NCBI GenBank assembly: GCA_020632035.1
Contig: JACKGG010000004.1
Span: 3,575 to 67,574 of the forward strand
Reading direction: 5' to 3'
DNA length: 64,000 bases
Source: Candidatus Nomurabacteria bacterium
GTDB taxonomy: Bacteria > Patescibacteriota > Minisyncoccia > Phycocordibacterales > UBA918
Shown: positions 17,240-26,752 of the stretch, one piece after another
How the letters are laid out: each line of letters starts with the position of its first letter
Position numbering within the stretch: position 1 is the stretch's first letter
Program-made: the position numbers and the translations under genes
The notes under the pieces: model-generated
The model's database searches: none
The model's input: only the letters and a program-made list of their open reading frames with translations
Told to the model about the DNA's origin: nothing

Positions 17240-17596
17240 TTGTTCCATTTAAAAAGGTGCTCAGTATGTCTATCAAAATACACCATGAAAAACATATGCA
17301 AGAGGGGGGAGATCGCCAATCCCTTTAGTGAAGATTTTACAAAAAATGTTGAATCTTTTTCAAATTTGATAAACCTCAACAATTATTTGATTCGACATGT
17401 AGCTTCTGTACCAAAATTGAGAATCGATGGAGTTGTCTATAAAGGAGAAAAGGCTTTGTTCAACCAGTCTTTTTGTTTAGATAAGGAGACACTTCCATAT
17501 TTCAGGGCAATCTTAAAAATAAGCATAAGAAGAATGATTGTCGAGTTGGAAAAAGATGGAATTGTAAATGTAAACATTCCAGAGCTAAAAGATTAA
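17240..17596 (+). CDS. hypothetical protein
   Basis: 118-aa ORF divergent from mnmA, followed by a hairpin terminator. No motif recognised. Confidence 0.35.
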   Translation: MFHLKRCSVCLSKYTMKNICKRGEIANPFSEDFTKNVESFSNLINLNNYLIRHVASVPKLRIDGVVYKGEKALFNQSFCLDKETLPYFRAILKISIRRMIVELEKDGIVNVNIPELKD

Positions 17597-17621
17597 TCGT
17601 GTGAACTTCAGCGGTTACACG

Positions 17622-17648
17622 AGGCGGCACTACGGTGCCGTTTAATTT
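17622..17648 (+). terminator. hairpin (GGCGGCAC-TAC-GGTGCCG) followed by a T-run; overlaps the mltG stop codon
   Basis: Sequence ggcggcactacggtgccgtttaattt lies downstream of the 17240..17596 ORF. Confidence 0.4.
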
Positions 17649-18678
17649 ATCTCAAATACATTTCAATATTTCTTAGGTGCTCTGAATAAGTCTTTGAATA
17701 GTGAAACTCACCATCATCATCAGTTATGTAGTAGAAGTACTCAGATGGAGCAGGTTCTAAGACAGCCATAATTGCATCTAGTCCAGGGTTGCCAATTGGG
17801 GTTGGTGGAAGTCCTGGGTAAAGATACGTATTATACGGAGAATCGATTTCTAGGTCATCCGGAGTGAGTTCGGCCAAAGGTTTGTCGAGAATGTACTCTA
17901 TGGAGGCATCTGCTTGTAGAGCCATGCCGATTTCCATTCTGTTTTGAAGTACGCTAGAAACTAATCTCATTGATTCTGGCGAGTTGGCTTCTCTTTCTAT
18001 GATTGACGCGAGTACGAGTATTTCGTCTAAGGAAAGCTGGTGTGTATTGATCTGATCTGAAAGTTTTTCAATCTCTTCATTGAATGTCTTTGTTAAAAGT
18101 TCAAGTAAGTCTTCCTCATTAAATGTCGCAGGTACGAAATATGTTTCTGGAAATAATTTTCCTTCTAGATCTTGTTCTTTTGCCACTTTAATAAAATCTT
18201 CTGCCGAGAACTCGAATAGTATTTTTTCAGCCCGGCTAGCCAGCTGGGTGAACCGTTCACCTTCGTAATGTGTAAAACGGATCAAATCTGTATCAAAGTC
18301 TCCCTCTGCTAGACGTTTGGCCACTTCCCTAGTGGTGATTGGTGACTCAAAGATATAGGTGCTAGCCTTGATTGTAGTCGGATCATAAAACAAAACCAAC
18401 GTGTAATAGAGTAAGTGCTTGGAGCGAACGACACCGAATGATTCAAGTATTTGTGTTATTTGTCGAACATCAGTACCTTGTTCAATAGTGATTGGTTGAT
18501 TACTCGGAAAATTGTCATTTGGTCGATTGAGGTTTTTTACTTCTAGCCAAACCAGTATGACAATAGTTAAAAAAATAATTGAAATAAATAAGAAAAATTT
18601 TAAAAGCGCTCGCTTACGCGGTTTTCTTGTTTCTACACCATCTTCTAAAGGCGTTGGTATTAATGGTTGGTTGAACAT
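17647..18678 (-). CDS. mltG: endolytic murein transglycosylase MltG (YceG-like)
   Basis: N-terminal TM anchor. The conserved YceG blocks LASIIEREA and SPYNTYLYPGLPPTPIGNPG are present. Confidence 0.85.
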   Translation of the reverse strand: MFNQPLIPTPLEDGVETRKPRKRALLKFFLFISIIFLTIVILVWLEVKNLNRPNDNFPSNQPITIEQGTDVRQITQILESFGVVRSKHLLYYTLVLFYDPTTIKASTYIFESPITTREVAKRLAEGDFDTDLIRFTHYEGERFTQLASRAEKILFEFSAEDFIKVAKEQDLEGKLFPETYFVPATFNEEDLLELLTKTFNEEIEKLSDQINTHQLSLDEILVLASIIEREANSPESMRLVSSVLQNRMEIGMALQADASIEYILDKPLAELTPDDLEIDSPYNTYLYPGLPPTPIGNPGLDAIMAVLEPAPSEYFYYITDDDGEFHYSKTYSEHLRNIEMYLR

Positions 18679-18687
18679 ATGAAAGAT

Positions 18688-20034
18688 CTAAAAGTTTCCA
18701 GTTGGAAGGTTGGCTGGGGCTTCTTTTCTTACTGAGTCAACTCGGGTTAAGTTAGGGGTAACCACAGAAGAGCCTGGTATGTGCCATATAGTAGCTAGTT
18801 CTTCGACTGACATGACCTTAAAATCATCAATGGCTGATAGCTTTTCCTCCTTAATGTAGTAACGAGCTTTGTAGTTTTCTAACTCACGCTTTTTTGCGTT
18901 CAAAACTCTCTGGCCAGTAATGTCTTGAAAAAACATATAATTAAAGTCTGTTCGCCATCTAACTTTAAAAATATTTCTACCAAACATGTCGTACTGGGCA
19001 AATGTTTTCACTAAAGGACTGATCATATCTGAGTCAAATTTGCCAATTTCAGCAATGTACATAGCCCTGATTCCAACTTCATAAGCATATTTGCTAACGT
19101 TTCTTTCTATGGCTGCAATTGTGTCTCTTTCAGACAGAGTAAGGATTGGACGATTGTCAGTTTCCTCAGGGCCAGTTTTATCTTTATCTCTGCCCATTAA
19201 CTCGTTTACTACTTTCTTTGCTGCAGTCTCCCAAGAATCTTTTTCTACTAGTTTACCTTCTTTTAAACCCATTTTTGTGTGAGGCACCATCAAAAACTGT
19301 ATCCAAACTCTTTCGTGCGGTTTAGCCTTGCCTAAATACTCAAGCATGGGAGACATTGGTTCAAATTTTAGTTCTTCTTTTGGTTGTTTATCTAGACCAA
19401 AATCAATATATGTTTTTATCGGGAAAACCTCATCATCTTTTTTGCCCATATGAAAAGACATTATTTCCCATTTTTCTGGATCCCAGGTTACTTCAGCTGT
19501 GTAGTCAACAAGTTCTTCTACTACCTCTATCCCAGGGTATTGAGCATATAACTGAGCCTCAAGTATAGGCTTTACTTTTTTTGTTGGAACATTTGCATAA
19601 AAGCGCACTTCACCCCCAATCGACGCCAGTTCTAGGCTCGAGACTAGTGGATGTTTACCATCTAAATAAGTCTGCATTAAGTTATCACGGCTATTTACAC
19701 TGTGTATTTGAGCTAAGATACTTTCCATCGCTTCAGGGGTCTTTAGAACTTCCTGAGGAAGCTTAATGCGAAGAGTTGTTCGGCCATTTTCATACTTAAA
19801 TTTTTCTTCTACTGACCACATCCACTGCTCAAATGTAATGTAAAAAATAGCTAATGGCAGCCAAATAGGAGACAGCGCCACTGCTATAGTTAGGATTGGT
19901 TTAAAGTTAACCCCAAGAGTTTGGAGCATGAAATACAAAATTGCCAAACCAACAAACATAAAAGCTGGCGGAGCAAACCCAGCAACTAGTGATCTTAGTT
20001 TTTCACCCATAGTGAATATATTGTACACTATCAA
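18688..20034 (-). CDS. hypothetical membrane protein (two N-terminal TM helices plus a large soluble domain)
   Basis: 448 aa. TM helices FAPPAFMFVGLAILYFMLQTL and ILTIAVALSPIWLPLAIFYI. No enzymatic motif recognised. Confidence 0.5.
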   Translation of the reverse strand: MIVYNIFTMGEKLRSLVAGFAPPAFMFVGLAILYFMLQTLGVNFKPILTIAVALSPIWLPLAIFYITFEQWMWSVEEKFKYENGRTTLRIKLPQEVLKTPEAMESILAQIHSVNSRDNLMQTYLDGKHPLVSSLELASIGGEVRFYANVPTKKVKPILEAQLYAQYPGIEVVEELVDYTAEVTWDPEKWEIMSFHMGKKDDEVFPIKTYIDFGLDKQPKEELKFEPMSPMLEYLGKAKPHERVWIQFLMVPHTKMGLKEGKLVEKDSWETAAKKVVNELMGRDKDKTGPEETDNRPILTLSERDTIAAIERNVSKYAYEVGIRAMYIAEIGKFDSDMISPLVKTFAQYDMFGRNIFKVRWRTDFNYMFFQDITGQRVLNAKKRELENYKARYYIKEEKLSAIDDFKVMSVEELATIWHIPGSSVVTPNLTRVDSVRKEAPANLPTGNF

Positions 20035-20079
20035 AAAGCCGACCTGAATGAATGTCCAGGCCGGATTTTTGTATAAGTA

Positions 20080-21105
20080 TTATTCAGACAGAGTGTAAGT
20101 TCCGTTTGAAAGTTTCTTAAATAGATTAGCGTCTTGAAGATTAACCAAGATAGTATTGTCCTTCACGTAACGTTCCTTTCTAACTTTGTCAATTAGTTCT
20201 TCGCGTGATAAAGGACCGTCGTTTGCCAGAATTTCTCGTAGCACATCTTTTACAACTCCAGCAGTGTAACCCCACTCAGTTAGTGCGTATAGACCACGAC
20301 CAACCAAAACAAATCGTGCGTCCTTGATGAGTTCATTGTGTGTAGTGGCAACATGAGCTTTGTGGTCAAACAGCTCATTGATTGTTTTTGCTACTTCACG
20401 AAAGTGCATTGGAGAACCATGGCGCTTAACAGCTAAGTAAGCGTAGTCTCTAATTCCTTTTACTCGGATGTTTGGACTGTCTGCTACTCCCCAGTCACCC
20501 AGCGGATTTCGTCCAATTTGCTTAGAAATCTCTAGCCATCTTTTTAGTACGTCCTCATTGTGGACTTCAGCTAGTTCAGCTAGTTCATTTCTAAAACGAG
20601 AAATTATCTCAGCTTCGCTTACAAGCTCGTCTCTGCCTAGTCCTTTGTGAACGCTGCGCAGAGCTTTTTCTACGTTGTCGGCTACTCGTCTTTCGGTAAA
20701 CCAGCGGTGAGAGTATTGTGGATTTTCTTTGCTCTTGTAGAAAGGATCTCCAACAATTAGTAAGAAATACAAGTGATTCCTTGTGGCCGGATCAGTACTG
20801 AGTTCGTCTAGCAAGACGTGCTCAGCAATAATTCCGCCACCTAGTTGGTCGATAAGTTTCTGCATTTCTACAAATAACTCGTAGTTCTTTTTGTAGACTT
20901 CTGATTTTTGAATTGATTGAATACCATAGTTTTCAATTTGGCGTACTCTTTCGCGAGTTATACCATAAGACTGTCCAATAGCTTCCAGGGTGAAAGAGTC
21001 ACCGTCTTGGCCCAGGCCATATCTTTTTTCAAGCACGTCACGTGCTCGCTCTGGAAGTACTTCCAGCAATGCTTTTGTAATTTGTTTTGGTTTAAATGAA
21101 ATCAT
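20080..21105 (-). CDS. protein with an N-terminal sigma-70 region-4-like HTH and a C-terminal HARE-HTH-like domain
   Basis: FTLEAIGQSYGITRERVRQIENYGIQ is a classical sigma-70 region 4.2 helix-turn-helix. The C-terminal ARFVLVGRGLYALTEWGY resembles the HARE-HTH (RpoE-delta-like) signature. Regions 2 and 3 of sigma-70 are absent. Confidence 0.5.
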   Translation of the reverse strand: MISFKPKQITKALLEVLPERARDVLEKRYGLGQDGDSFTLEAIGQSYGITRERVRQIENYGIQSIQKSEVYKKNYELFVEMQKLIDQLGGGIIAEHVLLDELSTDPATRNHLYFLLIVGDPFYKSKENPQYSHRWFTERRVADNVEKALRSVHKGLGRDELVSEAEIISRFRNELAELAEVHNEDVLKRWLEISKQIGRNPLGDWGVADSPNIRVKGIRDYAYLAVKRHGSPMHFREVAKTINELFDHKAHVATTHNELIKDARFVLVGRGLYALTEWGYTAGVVKDVLREILANDGPLSREELIDKVRKERYVKDNTILVNLQDANLFKKLSNGTYTLSE

Positions 21106-21191
21106 ATAAATATTCGAAGATGGTTGGTTGTCTATTGCTCAATCTTCAATGCGTGGCCAAATTTATAACATATTGGGCTAAATTGGTCAAC

Positions 21192-23681
21192 TTAGTTTAA
21201 CACACTTGTAATAATGTTGAGTATACGTCCCGGTACATAGATCACTTTCTTTATTTCTAAACCATCTATTCTTTCTGATATAGAGTCGTTATGATTCATT
21301 ATTATCATCGCTTCTTCTTCGGTTGCACTCGGACTTAGAGTAATTTCCCCTCGCATCTTTCCATTAATTTGAACTCCGATTGTCACTTGTTCATCTTCTG
21401 TCATTTTCTCATCAAAGGCTGGGAATTCTTCCGTATGGATACTTCCCTCGTTGCCCAAGTCAGCCCAAATTTGCTCTGTTAAGTGTGGTGCAAAAGGGGC
21501 CAATAGTTTAACAAAACTAGCGTAACTCACTGCTTTTAAGCCACTTTTCTCAGCTTTGTTTACAAAGATCATCAAGGCACTAATCGCCGTATTAAACTTA
21601 AAAACTTTTACATCCTCAGCAACTTTTTTGATTGTTTTATGTAAGAGCGCCGTTATCTCTTTGGATTCTTCTTCCTTTATGTGATCAGCTAATCCGTAGG
21701 CTCTCTCTAAGAAACGCTTAAGGCCCGCAATGCCACCCATGTCCCAAGGATAGTTCGCAGCTTCTCCATACGGCCCCATGAAGGCCAGATACATTTTTAC
21801 TGTATCTGAACCAACAAGCTTTACTTGTTCGTCTGGATCAACGATGTTTCCCTTGCTCTTACTCATCTTGTTTCCATCTGGTCCTAGAATGAGACTTCGA
21901 TTAATTCTCCTTTTGTATGGCTCAGAATCATTTACCAAGCCGAGTTTCCCTAGTGCCTTTTGCCAAAAACGTGAATAAAGAAGGTGCATGGTTGTATGTT
22001 CTGGACCACCAAAATACATGTCTACCTGCATCCAATCATCTTGGGCTTTTTTACTCACTAATTCATTATCGTTTTTGTTATCTAAGTAACGAAGAAAGTA
22101 CCACGAAGAATCCACGAATGTGTCCATAGTTTCTACTTCAGGTGTCCAACCTTCTCCAAAAATCTCAATGGTTCGTCTTTTGAGTTCTTCTGACTTCGCC
22201 AAGGGGGCCACTCCGGTCGGAGTAAAGTCTACATCCTCTGGAAGAGTCCAAGGTAGATGTTCTTTTGGTACTGGATGAGCCTCTCCGTCAGGAGAATAAA
22301 CAATTGGAATTGGCACTCCCCAATATCGTTGTCGACCGATAGACCAATCGCGTAAACGATAGGTGTTAGTCATTTCTCCTCCCACTTTTTCAGTAATAGC
22401 TTCTTTAGCTTCTGAAATACTAAGTCCATCAAACTCCGCTGAATTTATTAGCCGTCCTCTGTATTTGTAGAATGTTTGTTTGGACATAATTTTCTCTTGA
22501 ATAAGAGCGAGAAGTTTGTCGTCATCACTAATGTTCACCTTGTTATCGGTTGCCCAATTTTTGACACAGCCCCCTATGTGATCTGGGTAAATTACAGGAG
22601 TAATTTTAATATCAAATTTTTTCGCGAAAGCGAAGTCGCGCTCGTCATGTGCTGGCACTGCCATGATTGCTCCAGTTCCATAACCGGCAAGTACGTAGTC
22701 TGCTATATAGACTGGGATTTCCTTTCCGTTAGCTGGATTAGTGGCTGTAATTCCTTCTAGTTTTACCCCAGTCTTTTCCTTAGTGGCGTCCAGCCTGTCA
22801 CGTTCTGCTTTTTGCTTACTTGTGTCAATGTATGCTTCTACTTCTTCCCAGTTGGTGATTGAGTCTTTGTGCTTTTGTACAAGTTCGTGTTCTGGTGCGA
22901 GTACCATGTAGGTTGCTCCAAAGAGCGTGTCCGGTCGAGTTGTAAACACAGTCACGTCTTCCCCGACAGAAAGGCTAAAGTTTATTTTTGCACCATTGGA
23001 ACGTCCTATCCAATTTCGCTGCGCATCTTTGATATGTTCTGGCCAATCAACACTTTCCAAATCGTCTATCAGAGCATCAGCAAAATCTGTAATCTTTAAC
23101 ATCCATTGAGGCATTTTTCGCTTTTCAATTTTGCTGTCACAACGCTCGCAGGTGTCATCGCTTTGAACTTGTTCGTTAGCAATCACTGTGTTGCACCCTG
23201 GACACCAGTTCACTACACCTTCACCACGATAGGCAATTCCGTTTTTGAAAAACTCACCGAACATCCATTGAGTCCATTTGTAGTAATCTTCATCTGTAGA
23301 AGAGGTAGTTTTGTCCCAAGAGAAAGCGGTTCCCATGCTCGCCATCTGACCTTTCATGTACTCAATGTTACTTTTAGTCCATTCTTTGGGGTTAATTTTT
23401 CGTTTAATAGCTGCATTTTCTGCCGGAAGTCCAAATGCATCGAAGCCCATTGGAAAAAGCACCTGCTTACCGGTCATGCGCCGATATCGTACGTAGATGT
23501 CAGGCACAGCAAATGCATACCAATGACCAATATGAAGATTGCCTGACGGATAGGGCCACTCCACCAATACGTATTCTTTCTCTCTGCTTGGGTCGCGGTC
23601 GCCAACATTGTAGATGGCATTGTCCTGCCACACTTTCTGCCATTTTTTCTCAATCTCAATGTGGTCAAAACGTTTGTTCAT
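21192..23681 (-). CDS. leuS: leucine--tRNA ligase
   Basis: HIGH motif (WPYPSGNLHIGH) and KMSKS motif (KMSKSKGN). 829 aa. A CP1 editing insert is present. Confidence 0.95.
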   Translation of the reverse strand: MNKRFDHIEIEKKWQKVWQDNAIYNVGDRDPSREKEYVLVEWPYPSGNLHIGHWYAFAVPDIYVRYRRMTGKQVLFPMGFDAFGLPAENAAIKRKINPKEWTKSNIEYMKGQMASMGTAFSWDKTTSSTDEDYYKWTQWMFGEFFKNGIAYRGEGVVNWCPGCNTVIANEQVQSDDTCERCDSKIEKRKMPQWMLKITDFADALIDDLESVDWPEHIKDAQRNWIGRSNGAKINFSLSVGEDVTVFTTRPDTLFGATYMVLAPEHELVQKHKDSITNWEEVEAYIDTSKQKAERDRLDATKEKTGVKLEGITATNPANGKEIPVYIADYVLAGYGTGAIMAVPAHDERDFAFAKKFDIKITPVIYPDHIGGCVKNWATDNKVNISDDDKLLALIQEKIMSKQTFYKYRGRLINSAEFDGLSISEAKEAITEKVGGEMTNTYRLRDWSIGRQRYWGVPIPIVYSPDGEAHPVPKEHLPWTLPEDVDFTPTGVAPLAKSEELKRRTIEIFGEGWTPEVETMDTFVDSSWYFLRYLDNKNDNELVSKKAQDDWMQVDMYFGGPEHTTMHLLYSRFWQKALGKLGLVNDSEPYKRRINRSLILGPDGNKMSKSKGNIVDPDEQVKLVGSDTVKMYLAFMGPYGEAANYPWDMGGIAGLKRFLERAYGLADHIKEEESKEITALLHKTIKKVAEDVKVFKFNTAISALMIFVNKAEKSGLKAVSYASFVKLLAPFAPHLTEQIWADLGNEGSIHTEEFPAFDEKMTEDEQVTIGVQINGKMRGEITLSPSATEEEAMIIMNHNDSISERIDGLEIKKVIYVPGRILNIITSVLN

Positions 23682-23832
23682 ATACTACAAATTAATTACC
23701 GCGAATAGTTTCTTATTCTGCCATCCTTACGAAAATAGTCAAAGTATTAAGTTGCACTTTCTCTTTCTTATTGTATTGTTTTGGAAGCAGGATTTTGATC
23801 ATTAATAAGCTTTACAACACTGGAGATGCAAA

Positions 23833-24276
23833 ATGAATACAGTACACGAAAGTGAGCTTGAGTACTTTGTTGATAAGGACAGAGCGACCTGTCACAAGTG
23901 TGGTGGTGTAGAGCCTTCTGTCTTCCCTGCAAATGATATGTGTCAGAAGGAGTACAATAGGATTCAGGCTGAATGGAATGATTGGGTGTTCTTTGCAAGA
24001 AGAAACTTTTTTCATCAATTAATCTCTGTTTCTTGCCTTTCAATTCTTACTTCTGGAGTCGGGACATACTTAATTGCCTATCAGGATTATAGTCCCATTT
24101 TAGAGTTGCCAATCATCTGCTTCCTGTATGTTGTAGTGGCTTTTGTGGCGGTGGCCTTCCTGAACTCTTATCGAAGCCTGTATGACAAGAGAATAGAGAA
24201 GCTTAAGGCTGAGTTCTCGTGTGGCAGTCGTGGCGACAATGTCATTGACAGGATTAAATTGGAGCTAGGTCACTAG
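23833..24276 (+). CDS. hypothetical protein with an N-terminal Cys motif and C-terminal TM helices
   Basis: 147 aa. Contains CHKCGG...C near the N-terminus and two hydrophobic helices. Divergent from leuS. Confidence 0.4.
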   Translation: MNTVHESELEYFVDKDRATCHKCGGVEPSVFPANDMCQKEYNRIQAEWNDWVFFARRNFFHQLISVSCLSILTSGVGTYLIAYQDYSPILELPIICFLYVVVAFVAVAFLNSYRSLYDKRIEKLKAEFSCGSRGDNVIDRIKLELGH

Positions 24277-24342
24277 CAAGGTATTGCAAGCAAAACCGGC
24301 GCAACGCGCCGGTTTTTTCTATACTGGATGCTTGTGAGGTTG

Positions 24343-25242
24343 CTACTGTAAATACTTATCATTGATTTCTCTTTCGAAACACCAGTGTCCAGCTTTGTAA
24401 TCCCAGTTGTTGTTCTTTTCAAGTACGGGATAAGCGTATGAGTTGTTTCGACCTAGGTCGACATCTTTTGCAAAAGTGGCGCAAATTTTGTAAGTCTTCT
24501 CACCAGTTACTTCAAAAGTGTAAGCCTCCCTACCTTCTGGAGCGGTTGGCGCTGTAAACTGACCGTAAATTTCATTAATTGATTCAGGTAGAGAGTTGTT
24601 TGTCCTGTAATAATCTTCAATTCTCCACTGCATGTCTTGCAAGTCTCCTATCATTTGGTTATCGATTTTAATCTCTCTTGCATCTGACGGAGATTGGATT
24701 TGCATAACTCCAAGTCCAACAACGACTAAAGCAATCGCACCAGCAATATAGCCAAACAAAACTGATTTCTTTTCGTTCTGCATCCAATGACCCCTAACGT
24801 CCATTAGATAATACTGGAAGGCTGCGCCAATAATCACTAAAACTGAAAGCGCCTTTAGAATAAATCTAGTTGTAATATCTCCCTCCAAGAAAAACATAAT
24901 TACAGCTACCAAATCTCCTAAAAGTACTGCCCCACCGACCAAGAGTGAAAGGTAGATAAGCCACTTAGTTAGACCAAGGTACGCATGGTCTGACGATTTA
25001 CGTCTATTATTATTTACTGTTCGGGTAAGCCATAAGTAAGTTGGAAAAAATACGACTACCATTGCGATACCAATTTTTATTCCTTCTTCAGCGCGCGATA
25101 TGTCCCATACGTTATCAGCCGCGTCCGGCATAGCCATGTTAATTAGTCCAAAGACTAAGACAATAAAAAAACTTAATGATAAATATAAGCTCGCTAGTGA
25201 GCCGAGTTGAAGCACGAAGTGCTTAGCTGTGTTGTTTTCCAT
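24343..25242 (-). CDS. polytopic membrane protein, hypothetical
   Basis: 299 aa with about six TM helices in the N-terminal two thirds, and a C-terminal soluble domain. Confidence 0.5.
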   Translation of the reverse strand: MENNTAKHFVLQLGSLASLYLSLSFFIVLVFGLINMAMPDAADNVWDISRAEEGIKIGIAMVVVFFPTYLWLTRTVNNNRRKSSDHAYLGLTKWLIYLSLLVGGAVLLGDLVAVIMFFLEGDITTRFILKALSVLVIIGAAFQYYLMDVRGHWMQNEKKSVLFGYIAGAIALVVVGLGVMQIQSPSDAREIKIDNQMIGDLQDMQWRIEDYYRTNNSLPESINEIYGQFTAPTAPEGREAYTFEVTGEKTYKICATFAKDVDLGRNNSYAYPVLEKNNNWDYKAGHWCFEREINDKYLQ

Positions 25243-25322
25243 ATATACTAGTATGTAACAACCTAATGAGAAGTAAAGTTCCAGTAATAAATAAAGGGCG
25301 ACCGAAGTCGCCCTTAAGGTAA

Positions 25323-25763
25323 TCAGGCCATCCGTGGAAACGGCGGACTCATTACATCGGTATTCCTTATGTATACATGACTGAAACCAAACGTAGAAAG
25401 ATAGTATTTTTGTAAATACTCTGCCTCACGGAGACCCGCCATGTACTCAGCCGAACCAACTTTGTAGGTTGGATAATAATCAATGTAACCTTCAATCAGA
25501 CCCTGACAGAATTTTCGATACTTAACAGAGTCCAAAATATGTTTTTCCCATATCTTGCATGCGTTTGTCGTGGGAGAAATAAAATGATTTCGACCGTTTA
25601 TTCTACTACACCAGTGCAAAAGCAAAAAGTGTCTGTATTCATGCTCAGATTCTTTTACTAAGCTTGAGTACCAGTTGCTACTGTTTTGCGCTTGCCTTAT
25701 GTATTCTTCGAAATTTGCCTCCCTAATCATGGCGACAGCTTCAGATTCTGTACGAATAAGCAT
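25323..25763 (-). CDS. hypothetical protein
   Basis: 146-aa ORF with no recognisable motif. Lies immediately downstream (on the minus strand) of the peptide islet. Confidence 0.4.
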   Translation of the reverse strand: MLIRTESEAVAMIREANFEEYIRQAQNSSNWYSSLVKESEHEYRHFLLLHWCSRINGRNHFISPTTNACKIWEKHILDSVKYRKFCQGLIEGYIDYYPTYKVGSAEYMAGLREAEYLQKYYLSTFGFSHVYIRNTDVMSPPFPRMA

Positions 25764-25990
25764 CTAATACCTTCCTCTTGATTTACTTGTAGAACAAAAC
25801 GACGCTGAATATATCACTCTTGGAACTGAAGTCAAATATACTCCCACAGTTTATACTTGTCGTGCAAATATATGTGTGGAGAAAGACGCACTAGAAAACT
25901 CTAAATCAAGCAATTAATACTATGCATAAAATTTTTGACGAATATAATTACCAAATGCAGTCAACTTACTCAGAATAAAAACCTACTTCA

Positions 25991-26016
25991 ATAAAAAAGC
26001 CACCCTTGGGTGGCTA
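25991..26016 (-). terminator. intrinsic terminator for a minus-strand transcript (hairpin AGCCACCC-TTG-GGTGGCT with the T-run on the minus strand)
   Basis: aaaaaagccacccttgggtggct lies about 30 nt past the stop of the 26045..26347 reading frame. Confidence 0.5.
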
Positions 26017-26044
26017 AATTGTGTTGCCTACTAAGGCAACAATG

Positions 26045-26347
26045 TTAGGACCAGGGCCACCATGGCCAGAAATAACGTTGGCTGCCAACTCGCCGGGAGC
26101 AGTCAACAACGGTTTCTCCGCTGCACGCAGAAACCGTTACCTCTGGTTCTGCAGATACAGCCATTTCTTGTGGTGCAGCCACCGCAAGGGAAGAAGCGGC
26201 GACTATACCCACAAGAGAAGCATCATTACTCCTTTCTTTTTCATAATGGCAATCTCCTTGTTGTGCCGTCGAAGGGTTTAGTACTGCACCAGTAGAGACG
26301 ACATCCACAGACACTAAAATTATGTCATCTTTTATAGTGAATTGCAA
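26045..26347 (-). pseudogene. frame-disturbed paralogue of the adjacent secreted-peptide gene; the open frame ends ...SACSGETVVDCSRRVGSQRYFWPWWPWS
   Basis: The 100-codon frame has no ATG (TTG at 26347). A strong SD (AAGGAG) and ATG at 26244 lie in a neighbouring frame and give MKKKGVMMLLLWV-stop. Splicing that frame onto the long one would yield a textbook signal peptide (MKKKGVMMLLL/VGIVAASSLAVAA-PQE...). A third minus-strand frame encodes a Cys-rich string (CFSCGYSRRFFPCGGCTTRNGCICRTRGNGFCVQRRNRC) without a start codon. Confidence 0.3.
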
Positions 26348-26494
26348 GTAACTTTCTTGTATGTTGGAATGAATAGGTTTATTAGGTTAAAACTAAATTA
26401 CCACACTAAGTAACAACGTCTAAACAAAAAACATAAATTTGGATCAAGTATTGCAAATCAAATATAAAGATTAAAACTATCATTACGAAGCGCA

Positions 26495-26521
26495 TAAGAA
26501 AACCACCCGCAAGAGTGGTTA
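26495..26521 (-). terminator. intrinsic terminator for the minus-strand peptide gene (hairpin AACCAC-CCGCAAGA-GTGGTT, minus-strand T-run)
   Basis: Located 28 nt downstream of the stop codon at 26549. Confidence 0.5.
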
Positions 26522-26548
26522 ATGGTGAAAGTTCCCAGAACCCGTAGA

Positions 26549-26752
26549 CTAGAAATTCTGGGGTGTAAGACCCTTTCTAGCTCTTGAGCATACTGCAACA
26601 TCTGGGTTGCAGGCCGGAGGAGGAACCCTGAACGTAATTGGTACTACTTCATCCTCCACCGCTTCTGGAGCGGTAAGGGGGCTGCAAACAAGTAATCCAA
26701 GAAGGAATATAAACCCTAGGATTACAGTACTACTTGCGATTCTTATGAACAT
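26549..26752 (-). CDS. small secreted peptide precursor (signal peptide plus about 40-aa acidic/Pro-rich peptide with one Cys-x6-Cys loop)
   Basis: The ATG at 26752 is preceded by caccAAAGGAGaaaaaac. The product is MFIRIASSTVILGFIFLLGLLVCSPLTA-PEAVEDEVVPITFRVPPPACNPDVAVCSRARKGLTPQNF. It has its own terminator. The ORF-track version is extended to an upstream in-frame Met. Confidence 0.55.
   Translation of the reverse strand: MFIRIASSTVILGFIFLLGLLVCSPLTAPEAVEDEVVPITFRVPPPACNPDVAVCSRARKGLTPQNF

Noticed and set aside
17182-17240. Possible regulatory RNA in the mnmA upstream leader
   Set aside because: Only 57 bp, AT-rich, no stable structure seen.
26205-26245. Programmed -1 ribosomal frameshift joining the MKKKGVMMLLL start to the long peptide frame
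   Set aside because: No X-XXY-YYZ slippery heptamer or downstream pseudoknot is visible at the junction. An indel or pseudogenisation is simpler.
26021-26295. Plus-strand ORFs 26021..26281 and 26062..26295 in the GC-rich islet
   Set aside because: TTG/ATG starts without an SD. Both flanking terminators are oriented for minus-strand transcription. The open frames are best explained by local GC richness.
26040-26330. tmRNA, RNase P RNA or SRP RNA in the GC-rich islet
   Set aside because: None of the hallmark motifs is present: tmRNA tag/resume plus a GGTTCGA-containing tRNA-like end, the RNase P GGAAAGTCCGG block, or SRP domain-IV GGAA...GCAGC.
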